DNA of 64,000 nucleotides. Source: Amoebophrya sp. A120. Taxonomy: Eukaryota; Protista; Dinoflagellata. Below, piece after piece: positions 52,913 through 63,350 of this stretch (position 1 is its first letter; each line of letters starts with the position of its first letter). The notes below the pieces were generated by a model. It was not told where the DNA came from and did not search any database. It saw nothing but the letters and a program-made list of their open reading frames with translations. Position numbers and translations under genes: made by a program. The DNA lies in the NCBI GenBank assembly GCA_905178155.1, contig CAJINV010000001.1, positions 5,347,645-5,411,644 on the forward strand, given 5' to 3'.

Positions 52913-53206
52913 TCAGCATTTTCTAAATCTGTTCGTAGCAGCGGGATGCCGCTGGAAGTCTTGCAGCAGGTTTTGCACTCCGGTCAGGCCCTGGTTTTTC
53001 TGCAACCAGGCGCGGAAGAAAGTCCACTGAAACGCTCCATAGCTGGCGAGTGCGTGGATGGCGAGCTTTTCGCTCCACTGGTCCCAGTTCTTTTCCATCC
53101 ACTTCCCGTCTTCCTGTAGATCAGCGCGCTCGAACTCTAGCATCACGCTCTGCGGAAACGAGCCCGCCATCATCATCTGCATGCCCTTCTGCTCGTACGG
53201 ATTCAT
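52913..53206 (-). CDS. Small hypothetical protein (97 aa)
   Basis: ATG-initiated ORF with GC3-rich codons on the block's coding strand; no recognised motif. Confidence 0.5.
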   Translation of the reverse strand: MNPYEQKGMQMMMAGSFPQSVMLEFERADLQEDGKWMEKNWDQWSEKLAIHALASYGAFQWTFFRAWLQKNQGLTGVQNLLQDFQRHPAATNRFRKC

Positions 53207-53592
53207 GATTCTTGGGTTTGTGCTTATTAGAGTAGAAGTTTCTAACTAAGTATTTCTGTAGTTACAGCGGTGTTGAAACGAAGAGGAGAGCTTCTGAAAG
53301 TCTGCTTTTGGAAAACTGGTATGTCATTGATTATTCTGGGTGGGCTTTGCATACTTGGTTCTCGACGTCCTGATGCAGTGATCATTGCTTCCGATCTTCG
53401 CTGTGTTTTTCTAAGTGACTGCATGTTGAGCATTTCGCTTTCGATTTGGCATTTTAGAACATGCTGACTCGGATCTGATTCCTGCGAGAAGCGCAAGGGC
53501 AGACGGTTTTCGTTTTGAGAGGATTCTTCTTCTGAGCGGATTCTTCTTTATTTTTGCATCTCCTGACCTGAATACTACTGCGATTTGCTTCA

Positions 53593-56514
53593 CTAAAGGT
53601 AGCAGTTTCGTTCGACTTTCTCCGGCGTTTCCTTGTCCCCACCCAACAATCCCTGCAGCGCGTGCCGAAACAACTTGGCGCTCCACTGAAACGTTTTTGC
53701 GTTCCACGCGTGCATTTCGCCTGCTATTCTGTCGAAGTCGGAGCTTCCTAGTTTCCGCACCAAATCTGGAACAGACTCGAAGTGCGTGACGTGAGGCCAC
53801 TTCTGGAAGTCCGTTTGCCCCCACCAAAAGGCGATATCCTCAAACGGCGTCTCTTCGTCCCACCACAGAGTTTGTTCAGGAATGTCTCTCCTTTTTCTCC
53901 TTTCCTCCCTCCGTTTTTTCGCGATACGCTTCGCGATTATCTGCGTTTCCTCCCGGTTCGGCAGGAAGAACCGCGTCGCCGGCGCGTCCTGATCAGCAAA
54001 GTCGCTACCGTCTTGATGTGCCTTCTCATCCCCGTTATTGTCACCTGCGATATAAGAGTATGTTTCCTCCAGTTTTTCTTCCATAATCGTCGCATTGTCG
54101 AAGAAATTTTCCGGCCAGCTGATTCCGTCCTCGGGATACTGTACTTTTTCTTCGTGGCACCGAATGTCCGCAAAATCTTGACCCGCACCCGTGCACGGGT
54201 CACCGGTGATCACGAGCGCAGGAGTACGACGGGGTGTTGCAGAGACTGCTGCTGCTCCCCGCTTGCCTTCTCCAGCACTCTCAAGGCTACTATCTATCCT
54301 TGAATGTTCCGCTAGCCTCTCACGCTTCGCCAAGAACCTCCCGGGTACTTCCGCGAAGTGCAGCTTCCGGGCCTGCCACCAGCCGTAGTCCGTGTTCTGT
54401 AGCATCTTCCAGATGATGCTCGTCGCGTACTGCGTCGACGGCGCGAACAAAGGCACGCCGATGCTGTAGAGCTCGTTGAAGAAGCACATGCCGAGGTCCC
54501 AGGGGAAGTACACCGCCGCGCGGAACCGGCGCAGGGCGGAGTACCCGATCACCGAGGGGTAGCCGTCGATGTACTCGAACCCACGGTCTTCCAAGCTAGG
54601 AACCCCGAGGAAAACGAAGCTCATTCTTTTCTTCGATTGATTCTCAACGAGTTGCTCCTTCTTAGCCACGGACTCGGTTAGCACGAGCAGCGTCTGCGCG
54701 CCCTCCCGGGCCCAGCCCGCAAGCCGGCCGACGAACACGCGCGGCGCGTTCCGATCCGGGTCGTAAAACGGAGCGCCTGGTAAAGGATTTTCAGAAGCAA
54801 GAGAAGAAACTGGACCTAACTCTGTCGGCGCGATCCCTGCGGTTGCGTAAACTGCATGTGGCCGGATGCAATACGGCGGCTCGCCCACCTGAATCTCGAA
54901 CTGCTTGTGCATGAACGCACTGTAGGCTATGAACGCGGACCGGCTCGGGTTTTTCTGCATCTCCTTGAATTGCGCAAGCATCAACGGCTTGTACTGCTCC
55001 GGCGCGGCGCCAGCAAGCGGAAACGCCTGGTACACTAGCATGGGCGTGTCGACAAACGTCCGCAACAAGGAACAAACCGGCAGCGGCTGGCAGCAGAGCA
55101 GTAATACCGCATCAGCAAACGCCTGGTCCTCGACGAAACTCTGCTCCAGAACGTCGGTAACTTCCTGCAGGTCCCAGGAGGGCTTGTACATGTTCGCGAC
55201 GAAAATGGAAATCACTTCTTCCAGCAGGATATTCCGGCGGCAAAACCCAAACTCCGTGCACACCACTTCCGGATAGGGGTACAGAGTACCGTACACGTGG
55301 AAAGTTGGCTGCGTGAGGGTCGTGGCTTCTCCTTGCGGCGCACTATCAGCTGCTCCGTGTAATTCTTGCTGCCGAAAAAGCCACTGCAGCATGCTCGTAG
55401 GTTCCATGTTCGAGCCGAAGTGGGAACCGATAGTGATGATGGTTGCAGCGGAAGTTGTACCGGCACGATCCAGGGCTGACGTTGAGAGAAGTAGAGTATC
55501 CTCTGAAAAGCGATCGTGGTCAGGAACCGGCACAAAACTTGGGCGGACCGGGTCGTAGAAATTTTCGCGCGTAGTTGGGATGCTGTTGACAGCAGGCGAG
55601 GCGCCATCTGCCACAACGGCTCCACCGAGTTCTTGTTCACGCCGATGCCTCCCCGGAAACTGCTGCAAAACTTCGCGAATTCCGACGGGGAAGCGGCTTG
55701 CTTCCCCAAAATCGAGGAACCCCCAATACACGTCGGTGTAGTTGTACAGCATTTGGTATAAGAGGCTTTGCGTGATATCATTGGAACTCACTCTCCTTCC
55801 GCAGGTCCCGCTGTGTACTAATACTAGCTGCTCCACGCCGGGGATAGACTCGCTCCCACTGTGCACATCCTTCCAGAATTTGCAAACCAAGTGCACAGCG
55901 TAGAGATACCCGTGATAGCACCAGCCGTCCTGAAAGCTGTTCCAGTGGTCGCTGCTGCTGCTGCGATAGAGGTGGGTGAAGTCCGTGACCCGCTGCTGCA
56001 TACTGCGGATGTCCTCCTCGGTCCGGAACGGCCAGACTTGAAAGATCTCCCGCAGAATCGCGAACAGTGGGTCGAGCTTGGTTGTTGATGCAGCAGTTGT
56101 TGTACTATCTGCTGTTCTTGTATCAACGCCGACTGCTTCTGCTTGTGCTTCCCCACCCGCGTCCCCCTCCGCTGCTTTCCCCGCGAGCAAGAGGTTGTCC
56201 CAGAGCGGAACCGCATCGGTGTGGAACCGACAGTCAAGTACATCTTGCAGGTCATACGCTACTGCGAGATCGAGAACAGTAGTGGTGAAACAGATAAGCA
56301 AAAAAGCAAAATGAACTGGCACGGATGTTGTTGATCTCGTCGTGTTTCTTCTATCAGCGAAAGACCTGAAGATCATCTTCACCGTCCTTCGTGTTAGGGT
56401 GCCGTGCTTGTTAGTAGACCTTTCTGAAAACAAGCAAAAAAGTGTGACTTCCTGGTCTTTAAACTTTTTGAAACAGCGGCCTCGCCAAGACCTTCGAGAA
56501 TCATATTTCGTCAT
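53593..56514 (-). CDS. Secretory-pathway protein, possibly glycosyltransferase-like (973 aa; start may be the Met at ~56376)
   Basis: Long ORF with an N-terminal hydrophobic anchor. The segments AAVYFPWDLGMCFFNELYSIGVPLFAPS and DFQKWPHVTHFES resemble a GT-B-like C-terminal region (weak, from memory). Confidence 0.7.
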   Translation of the reverse strand: MTKYDSRRSWRGRCFKKFKDQEVTLFCLFSERSTNKHGTLTRRTVKMIFRSFADRRNTTRSTTSVPVHFAFLLICFTTTVLDLAVAYDLQDVLDCRFHTDAVPLWDNLLLAGKAAEGDAGGEAQAEAVGVDTRTADSTTTAASTTKLDPLFAILREIFQVWPFRTEEDIRSMQQRVTDFTHLYRSSSSDHWNSFQDGWCYHGYLYAVHLVCKFWKDVHSGSESIPGVEQLVLVHSGTCGRRVSSNDITQSLLYQMLYNYTDVYWGFLDFGEASRFPVGIREVLQQFPGRHRREQELGGAVVADGASPAVNSIPTTRENFYDPVRPSFVPVPDHDRFSEDTLLLSTSALDRAGTTSAATIITIGSHFGSNMEPTSMLQWLFRQQELHGAADSAPQGEATTLTQPTFHVYGTLYPYPEVVCTEFGFCRRNILLEEVISIFVANMYKPSWDLQEVTDVLEQSFVEDQAFADAVLLLCCQPLPVCSLLRTFVDTPMLVYQAFPLAGAAPEQYKPLMLAQFKEMQKNPSRSAFIAYSAFMHKQFEIQVGEPPYCIRPHAVYATAGIAPTELGPVSSLASENPLPGAPFYDPDRNAPRVFVGRLAGWAREGAQTLLVLTESVAKKEQLVENQSKKRMSFVFLGVPSLEDRGFEYIDGYPSVIGYSALRRFRAAVYFPWDLGMCFFNELYSIGVPLFAPSTQYATSIIWKMLQNTDYGWWQARKLHFAEVPGRFLAKRERLAEHSRIDSSLESAGEGKRGAAAVSATPRRTPALVITGDPCTGAGQDFADIRCHEEKVQYPEDGISWPENFFDNATIMEEKLEETYSYIAGDNNGDEKAHQDGSDFADQDAPATRFFLPNREETQIIAKRIAKKRREERRKRRDIPEQTLWWDEETPFEDIAFWWGQTDFQKWPHVTHFESVPDLVRKLGSSDFDRIAGEMHAWNAKTFQWSAKLFRHALQGLLGGDKETPEKVERNCYL

Positions 56515-56728
56515 ACCGGGAACTGCGAGATCGAAGAGGCGCCGGAATCCAGCGTAGGAAAAGCACTTCTTCGCCTGGCTTATTATCTCTATCTATGCGT
56601 ACGAGACACAGGCGTGCAAAATGGATGTTCATTTTCAACGAAATCTGAATTCTCGGGGGCTGTGCCATCTAACAGTGAAGTCGCTTTTGATATGAACCGT
56701 CCCAGCATATCTTTTTCTTTTCTGCCTA

Positions 56729-59700
56729 CTACACCATCGTTGTCAAACCCCACTTCACGTGCTCCTGGACCATGCGCAGTTTCGATCCGTGCAGCGTGAA
56801 TCGCGACCATAGCACTGTTTGCACTACTGCTATCGCTAACTGGATGTACAAAATGTTTTGTGTCGCTGCATCCTCCTGCCGCTCCCCGGAGGTTCTTCCA
56901 GTATCAGGAGAAGAACTAGTGCTGCTTTTTGGATGGTTTAAACTTTCCATCCAATAGGCCCCGAGTATCGGTCCGACGGAGTTCAGCGGTTTGACACACG
57001 CGGCAAGGGCGGAGAAGAAGTAGCCGGCCGGCGGCAGTTGCGTGTGTTTATCCACGGCGTACTCGTCGATTAGATTGTTCAAGAGGATGTTGCTATACCC
57101 AAGTTGCAGCAGTACGCACGCTTCATGCACCACGATCAGAACCAGTATTGTCCACAGATGGTAGACCGGTTTTGTTGTTGTGCTAGTTCCAGCTCCACCC
57201 GGAGGAGAAATTATGGCGCCGTCAAACGCAAGAAGAGACGATCCCTCTTCCCATAACGCAAATCTGAAGAGTAGGAACACGCCGAGCTTCAGGTAGAACG
57301 TTTGTAATACGATCCTATACACGCCGACTTTCGCAGCGACCCAGGTGAAAACGAAGCGCAGCCCCCCAGCCGCGCCGCCGATCAGACCGTAGGCCGCGAG
57401 AATCTGCACTTTCGAATGCGGGTAGAGCCGGTGCAGCCCCATCAGGAGGAACTGCGAAGAAAACACGCTCTGCATCTCCACTAGTGCGTAGACTGCGACG
57501 AAAAGCCAGAAGTTTAAGCTCAGAGATTGAACGAACTCGCCAGCGGACGGCAGATTCGCGCTGTTTTCTTGCGCATTTGTGGTTTCTGGAGGTCCTCGTT
57601 GTGACAGGGCCGCTAATGGAAGGGACTGTTCCTCCAGAACATCCACAGGAACCCCGTCGTGGGTAGAAGTACTATATTTTTCGTCTGCATGAAGATTTTT
57701 CTCTGCTGCTGATGCGGATGCCCTTGATGCCCGGTCTATGCTTGCTATGTTTCCAATTATTCTGCCGTTGTTCGCCTGCGTCCTCCCGACCATCTCCGGC
57801 TCGAGTCCGAGCTCCTTCTCCACTGCCGTATTGATCCGGATATCCTGAGAAAAAATGTCCCCACACCAGAGTCGGGATGGGAAATCTGCTAGACAAATCA
57901 GCCCACCTCGGTTGTTTCGCATGACAAGTTTGTCCTCGTAGTGTATTCCTGTTTAGCTAGTTCCGAAGCATCACAGATCTAGCATATCATGCTGATTCTA
58001 GCATCACAAATTCCAAAACCCGACTAAAAAATGGCTGTCATGGGGCTCCACATGAGAAACTTTTTTGGCATGCAGATTTGCATGACAGCTCTGGGGTGGG
58101 GACGTTTTTACTCAGAATACCGGAGCGCCGAAAATCTTCCGTTGGACGTCGTTGGCGACGGGTCGAGAAAGGTTTCGAGCTCTTGCTCGTCCTCCAGTTC
58201 ACCCGTGCGAACCAACTCCGAGGCTCTCCGCAGCGGCAGCTCGACCTCTTTGGTGTGCAGCCGGCTGGTATGAATTGCAAAAGTGTCTGAGTCTGGAAGA
58301 TTGCAACTTGTCATGGTAAGTCTGAAGCTGCATGCAAAAATCTGTGTTGCATGAGTGCCAAAAGCTGTACACTTTTGACCCAGTTGGAAGGGAGTTTCTC
58401 ATGCAGGATAGGCATGGCAGAGACCTCGCAGAGTCTGTCATGCTAAGGCCCGCATTCCAGATCTCATGGGTCATGGAAAATCTGCATGACAAGTCTACAC
58501 TTTTCCAGACCCAGACACTTTTGCATTTGATAGCTGGGGCTTCCGGGCTGACTCCGCGACTCCCGGGCGTGCTGCTCTAGTCTGTTGGCGACAAACGCGG
58601 TGAGCCACACGCAGAACCCGACGAGCATGATAAAGTAGAGTTGAAAGGAACTGGAGATGCGCGAGATGACGTGCTCCGTCTGCGAGGAGGATGTAGTGCC
58701 GGGGACAGAAGTGGTTGCGCCAGTAGTTGTTGTACTAGCTCTAGAAGTTGTTGTATTCCCGTGCTGGTACAGCAACACGCCGACGCTGACAAACACGAAT
58801 TCCGTGACACCGAAGATGCTGTTCCATCGCTGCAAACTCAAGCGTTCCGGCTCGGACTGCGCAATCTCATTGCTCACAATGTTGCGCGCAATAATGGCGA
58901 AGGAGGCGCACCCATCGTAGATAAAGAGCGTTACCAAGTACAGCAGAACGGCCGACCACAGAGTTTCTGTAGCTGCACCAGAGGAAGTCGCCAGCATCGT
59001 TTCCCCGCCCGCCATGCTCCCGAGGGACGGAAGCGGTTGTGCAGTGGTTGCGGCGGCAGTCGTTGCTGGTGTTGCAGCCTCGTTGGAGATCCTCTCCGGT
59101 GCAGCAGCTTCTTGCAGCCGCCTTGCTGGTGGTGCCCCTTCGCGAGTAGATGGACTAGTACCTGATGTCGCGCCAGTCGAGCTAGCACCGGAACTCCCTG
59201 TAGCTTCTTCAGTAGTACTACCAGCACTGCTCCCATGATGCCTCGCCCGCCACGGTGCGTACTCCGCACGCTCGCCCCGGACCAGCTTCGCCAAGATCGC
59301 CCCCTCTTCTTGCACTTCCACATCTACCACATCGTGGGCGACGAAATACCCGAACACCGACGTGTATGCATTGCAAGAATTTTTGGGTCTGGAAACCTGT
59401 GATGCAAGAAAGGGAGCAGTGACCACACCGTAATGCGCTGCCAAGCATGACAAGTTTTTCGGTGCTTCTGAGTTGCGTACTTCGCATGAGAAGGTGCGTT
59501 TTTGCATGACCAGCAAGAGGGGCTCTTCGCGGCCACGCAATACAGAGCTCAGAGTCATGCCAGACTAGCATGACAAATCTCGCAATCTCCCAGACCCAGA
59601 CATATTTGCATTTGATAACGTCGCCAGCCCGCTGTCGGACACCAACAGAAAGGGCAAAGCGCTGGCGATGACCCACACGATGGACAGTAATTTTAAATAC

Positions 59701-60044
59701 GCTATGCGCCGCAACTTAAACTTGGCCATGATGAAATCAGAAAAAACCCCCGCGAAAACGTCATTCAATGTGTTCCAGACCGAATAGAAAACGTGGACCC
59801 GTGCCACGTCTCCCGTGCTCAACCCGTGCACGTTCAGAAACGCGTCCATGTGCAAATTGCTGAACAGCAGGGTGGGCACTGTCGCGAGGGTTGTGAAGGC
59901 GGAGTAGTACAGCACAACTAGCGGGCTGTCGTCGGGCTGGAAGCAGTACGTGCGGACAAACCGAAAGACCCGCGGGAATAGGGGCTCGTTCGTAGCATAG
60001 CCGCTGCGAAGCTTGTCCTCGCGAGAAAAGCAAAGCGAAAGCAT
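56729..60044 (-). CDS. MFSD13A: MFS transporter, TMEM180/MFSD13A family (~834 aa), interrupted by three introners
   Basis: VWNTLNDVFAGVFSD, LIDEYAV, ACVKPLNSVGPILG and LWSRFTLHGSKL match TMEM180-type motifs. Junctions GLAT|SVFG, GSPS|RLHT and SALR|INTA are all in frame. Confidence 0.85.
57841..58119. mobile_element. Introner/MITE-like element, TIR family B (279 bp), TSD ccgga
   Basis: tatcctgagaaaaaatgtccccac...gtggggacgtttttactcagaata; aligns end to end with 26756-27040. Confidence 0.95.
58269..58532. mobile_element. Introner/MITE-like element, TIR family A (264 bp), TSD gctgg
   Basis: tatgaattgcaaaagtgtctgagtctggaa...ttccagacccagacacttttgcatttgata; removal restores the frame. Confidence 0.93.
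59365..59617. mobile_element. Introner/MITE-like element, TIR family A (253 bp), TSD acgtg/acgtc
   Basis: Same length as, and colinear with, 61346-61598; removal restores the frame. Confidence 0.95.
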
Positions 60045-60418
60045 GCGGGTCGGATTTATTATATTTGGCCGTCGAACGGCACCGTTTTGGGTAACTACTC
60101 GTAACGAGCCACCTTGTTTCCAGTGTACTAGTAAAAATGCACAGAGTGCGGCAAGCTGAAACGTAAAGAATTAAAACATGTTTTAGCAGATAGTATCCAA
60201 GACCGCACACCAAATTTATAACGACCCCTGATGCACGAGCTATCGAAGAGAGACGAACAGCTTTGAGTGGCTCTTTTCAGAATGCAATGATGGCTTGCAC
60301 AGCAAGCGCTCAGGTCTTTTTCACTGTATACTTCACTTCGCGTAAACACCACAAGCCATTCAGCGTCACTACTTTACAATTTTCAGTTCTATCTACGGTC
60401 GTAATCCATTCATCTTCC

Positions 60419-62103
60419 TCATGCGCCCAAATGCTTGCCGTGGAATCGAAAATGGTTTTCCATGAAAGTGGACACAAACCAGTAGCTGTGGTCGTACCCC
60501 TCCCGCATGTTGCACTCGAACTCCTGTCCCGCCGCCTTGCACGCTTCCACGAACTTCTCTGGTTGGAGTTGCTTGGATTCCGAGTAAAAATCGTCCCCGG
60601 TTCCCTGGTCCACGAGCAGGCACTTCGGATGCTTCTTCCCGGCCTGCAACAACGCGCAGGCGTCGTAGTCCGCACCTTCCTTCGTTGGGTCGTTCAGGTA
60701 GCCGTTGAACGCCTTCTGGCCCCAGTTCGTGTCCAGCGGGTTCACGATGGGACAGAACGCGGAAACGGACGTGTACCTGAGTGTAGTTTTGCTTGTTTTT
60801 CGCTTTTGCGACGTATCTGGTTCCTTATCCTTGCTTCATCAAAATAAATCTAGAATCATTAAAAACGAGACGGGACCATGGCACGATGATGAAAAAAAAA
60901 AGAAATCAGTACGTCGTCGGATTTTTGAGTCCTATTGTGAGCGCGCCGTGTCCGCCCATGCTGTGCCCGGTGATGGAAATTTTATCTGGGAGGTACCACT
61001 CGGGAAAAGATTCGGCCATCAAACTTGGAAGCTCTTTCACCACGTAGTCGTACCTGGAGTGATGTAGTTGCATGATTGGCATGAGCATTTTGTCTGAAAA
61101 TTTCGTTTTTTTTCGTTGCACATATCAAATCGCGTCAGGACCACATAAGCGAACACCGGTTTCCCCGACGGAGGCGGACGGCAGTAGGTACTCTACTTTC
61201 AGCAAGAAACAAAAATAACACACACTACATTTTGTAGTTCGCGCTCCAGGGTTCCTTAGTTGCGTTGAGATAAAACCCGGCGCCGGTGCCAAAGTCGTAG
61301 CTGTCGTTTTCTCCCGGAATCTCCGGATGGCCCCGCGGACTGGTGTATCAAATGTAAAAATGTCTGGGTCTGGAAACTTGTGATGCAAGTCAGGGAAAAA
61401 TGCGCATACTGTAATGCACTGCCAAGCATGACAAGGCTTTCCGTGGTTCAGTGTTGCGTACTCCGCATGAGAAACTGCGTTTTTGCATGACAGGCAAGAG
61501 AAGCCCTTTGCGGCCACGCAATACAGAGCGCAGAGTCATGCCGGACTAGCATGACAAATCCCGCATTCTTCCAGACCCAGACATTTTTACATTTGATATC
61601 GTGTCTGGCATTACGACCGCGATTCCAAGCTCCGAAGCCCACTTGAATGCGATACTGTAACTATGCGTGGGAAAAGGTCGCTGAGTCAAAGCTGCACGGC
61701 AAGTTTCGCGGTTCGTAAACCTCATACCTACTCGATAGGAAATAAAGTCTTCTGGTAGAAGACGCAGACGATCATTACGTAGGATAATTGCGTGTCTGAC
61801 GACTCAACTTTTAGTAAGTACATCCGAAAAGATACGGAAACACCTTCAACAGCTGCGTGCAGCTTGACTCATCGAAACTTCTCCTCCATAACCTTTGTTG
61901 GAAACGTTTTCATCCGTGCACGTGAGGCCGGACAGATAGTACAGTGTTGGTGTTTTGGCCCCCTTCGACGCGGTGTCCGGAATGAAGACCGCAAACTTCA
62001 TCTGCAGGTTCCCCAGCACGCCCGACGTATGCTCGAACCGCCGCAAGGCACCACCGTAGGCTCGAACCGAGCTCAGTTGTTTTAGCTTGCTCGGGACCGA
62101 CAT
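60419..62103 (-). CDS. ESD: S-formylglutathione hydrolase (esterase D), ~292 aa, 5 exons
   Basis: [16 protein letters not shown]|[23 protein letters not shown]|[54 protein letters not shown]. Introns: ~61654-61890, the introner at 61346-61598, 61054-61228 and 60777-60912. Confidence 0.97.
61346..61598. mobile_element. Introner/MITE-like element, TIR family A (253 bp), TSD tggtg/tcgtg
   Basis: Perfect ~30-bp TIR tatcaaatgtaaaaatgtctgggtctggaa; splits the conserved PDTSPRG motif. Confidence 0.97.
61654..61890 (-). other. Non-canonical intron with decayed ~38-bp terminal inverted repeats (old introner)
   Basis: Arms tatgcgtgggaaaaggtcgctgagtcaaagctgcacg (61662-) and, read inward from 61890, tatggaggagaagtttcgatgagtcaagctgcacg. 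No in-frame GT-AG solution at these ends. Confidence 0.7.
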
Positions 62104-63350
62104 TTTTTGCGTGCTTTCTTGGAAAGTAAGTAAGTTCTACAATTTGAAAAGACCACACAGTGCGGAGCGAAAACGTGAAGAAAAATATTTGTTCGTAACT
62201 TCGCGATTGAGAGCTTTGCTTTGGTTCCAGGCACCGGAGATACTTACTACAGCCGCGGACTGGGAAAAAGAAAAGCGTCGGCCTGAACTGCGATCGTTTC
62301 GCGAAAGAAGACCTGTACAAAAAATGATCGGAAAAGGCATAAAGATCTCCAACGGGCACACGAACCGTATTCAGCTGCGCAGTCAGATCAGAAAATAAGT
62401 ATTTCACGATCTAAGACCAGCGATATCATAGGAGCTAAAGCCATTTCAAAAGATTTGCACGCTGCGCGGCTTTTCACATGGAACTTGTGCAACAGAACCT
62501 GCCCCGAGAACGGACCAGGAATTGTCCCGGTGGCCGATTCAGAAAAAAGGCTCCGAAACCCGCGCGCGGCGCCGGAATCGAAGTAGTAGGGCGGTGCGCA
62601 AATTTGCAAGGAACCTGGCCGCCGGCCGACAGCGCGCGCCATTTTCTATAGTTGCGGCACTCCGAACGGGTGCAGAGGAGCCGACCGTATGCAGAAGCCT
62701 CCGCAGCGGCCTGCGAGTGGGCCGATTGCAAGCCTGAAGTACAAGAGGCGGCATCGGCCCGAAACCACGGGGCGGCGGCCCCGGTGCGGGCCCGAAGGCG
62801 GTCGCGGATCGCGGGCGAGAAGCCAGAGCCGGACCGGGCGGCGGCAGCGGGCGTGGTCTCTGTCTCCACAATTCAGGTGCGGGGCCCCGACTGCCGCTGC
62901 GCAGCCGATTCCGCGCTTGTTCCATCATGCCTGGGTGGCTTACCTTGGAGGAGGACGCTGCTGGTTACCTCCTCCAACTAGGGGGAGAGGGGGTGAAGAA
63001 CCCCTGAAAAATCGCACAGATTTAAGAGCTCTCCGCTTTCCGGAATTTCAAGAAATGGGACCTTCCTGGGTTCCTAGAAGAGAGTGGCGCAATGATCCAC
63101 ATTAAATATCATAGAAGGGATACAATGGACTCCATATCCAAAGACACCAGCTCACCATGCCCCCAGCTTTAGTGTTTTGCTGGCATCCTAAAAAATTTTA
63201 GAAACTTGCTTCTTGTAAATTTCATCGGAGAAATGGATCTACAGGAGTAATATTATCCACATTTTGCATATTCGCTGACATTGACTTCATTTAATTACAG
63301 GAATCATTTCCCACAGAAGAATTTTTGAAAAATTCAGAAAAACTGCTGTA

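Noticed and set aside
61121-61130. catatcaaat, like a family-A terminus, inside an ESD intron
   Set aside because: Too short; no partner arm or TSD.
62470-63000. GC-rich tract with overlapping 110-140 aa ORFs on both strands
   Set aside because: Low-complexity Arg/Pro/Ala translations, no motif; not supportable as a gene.
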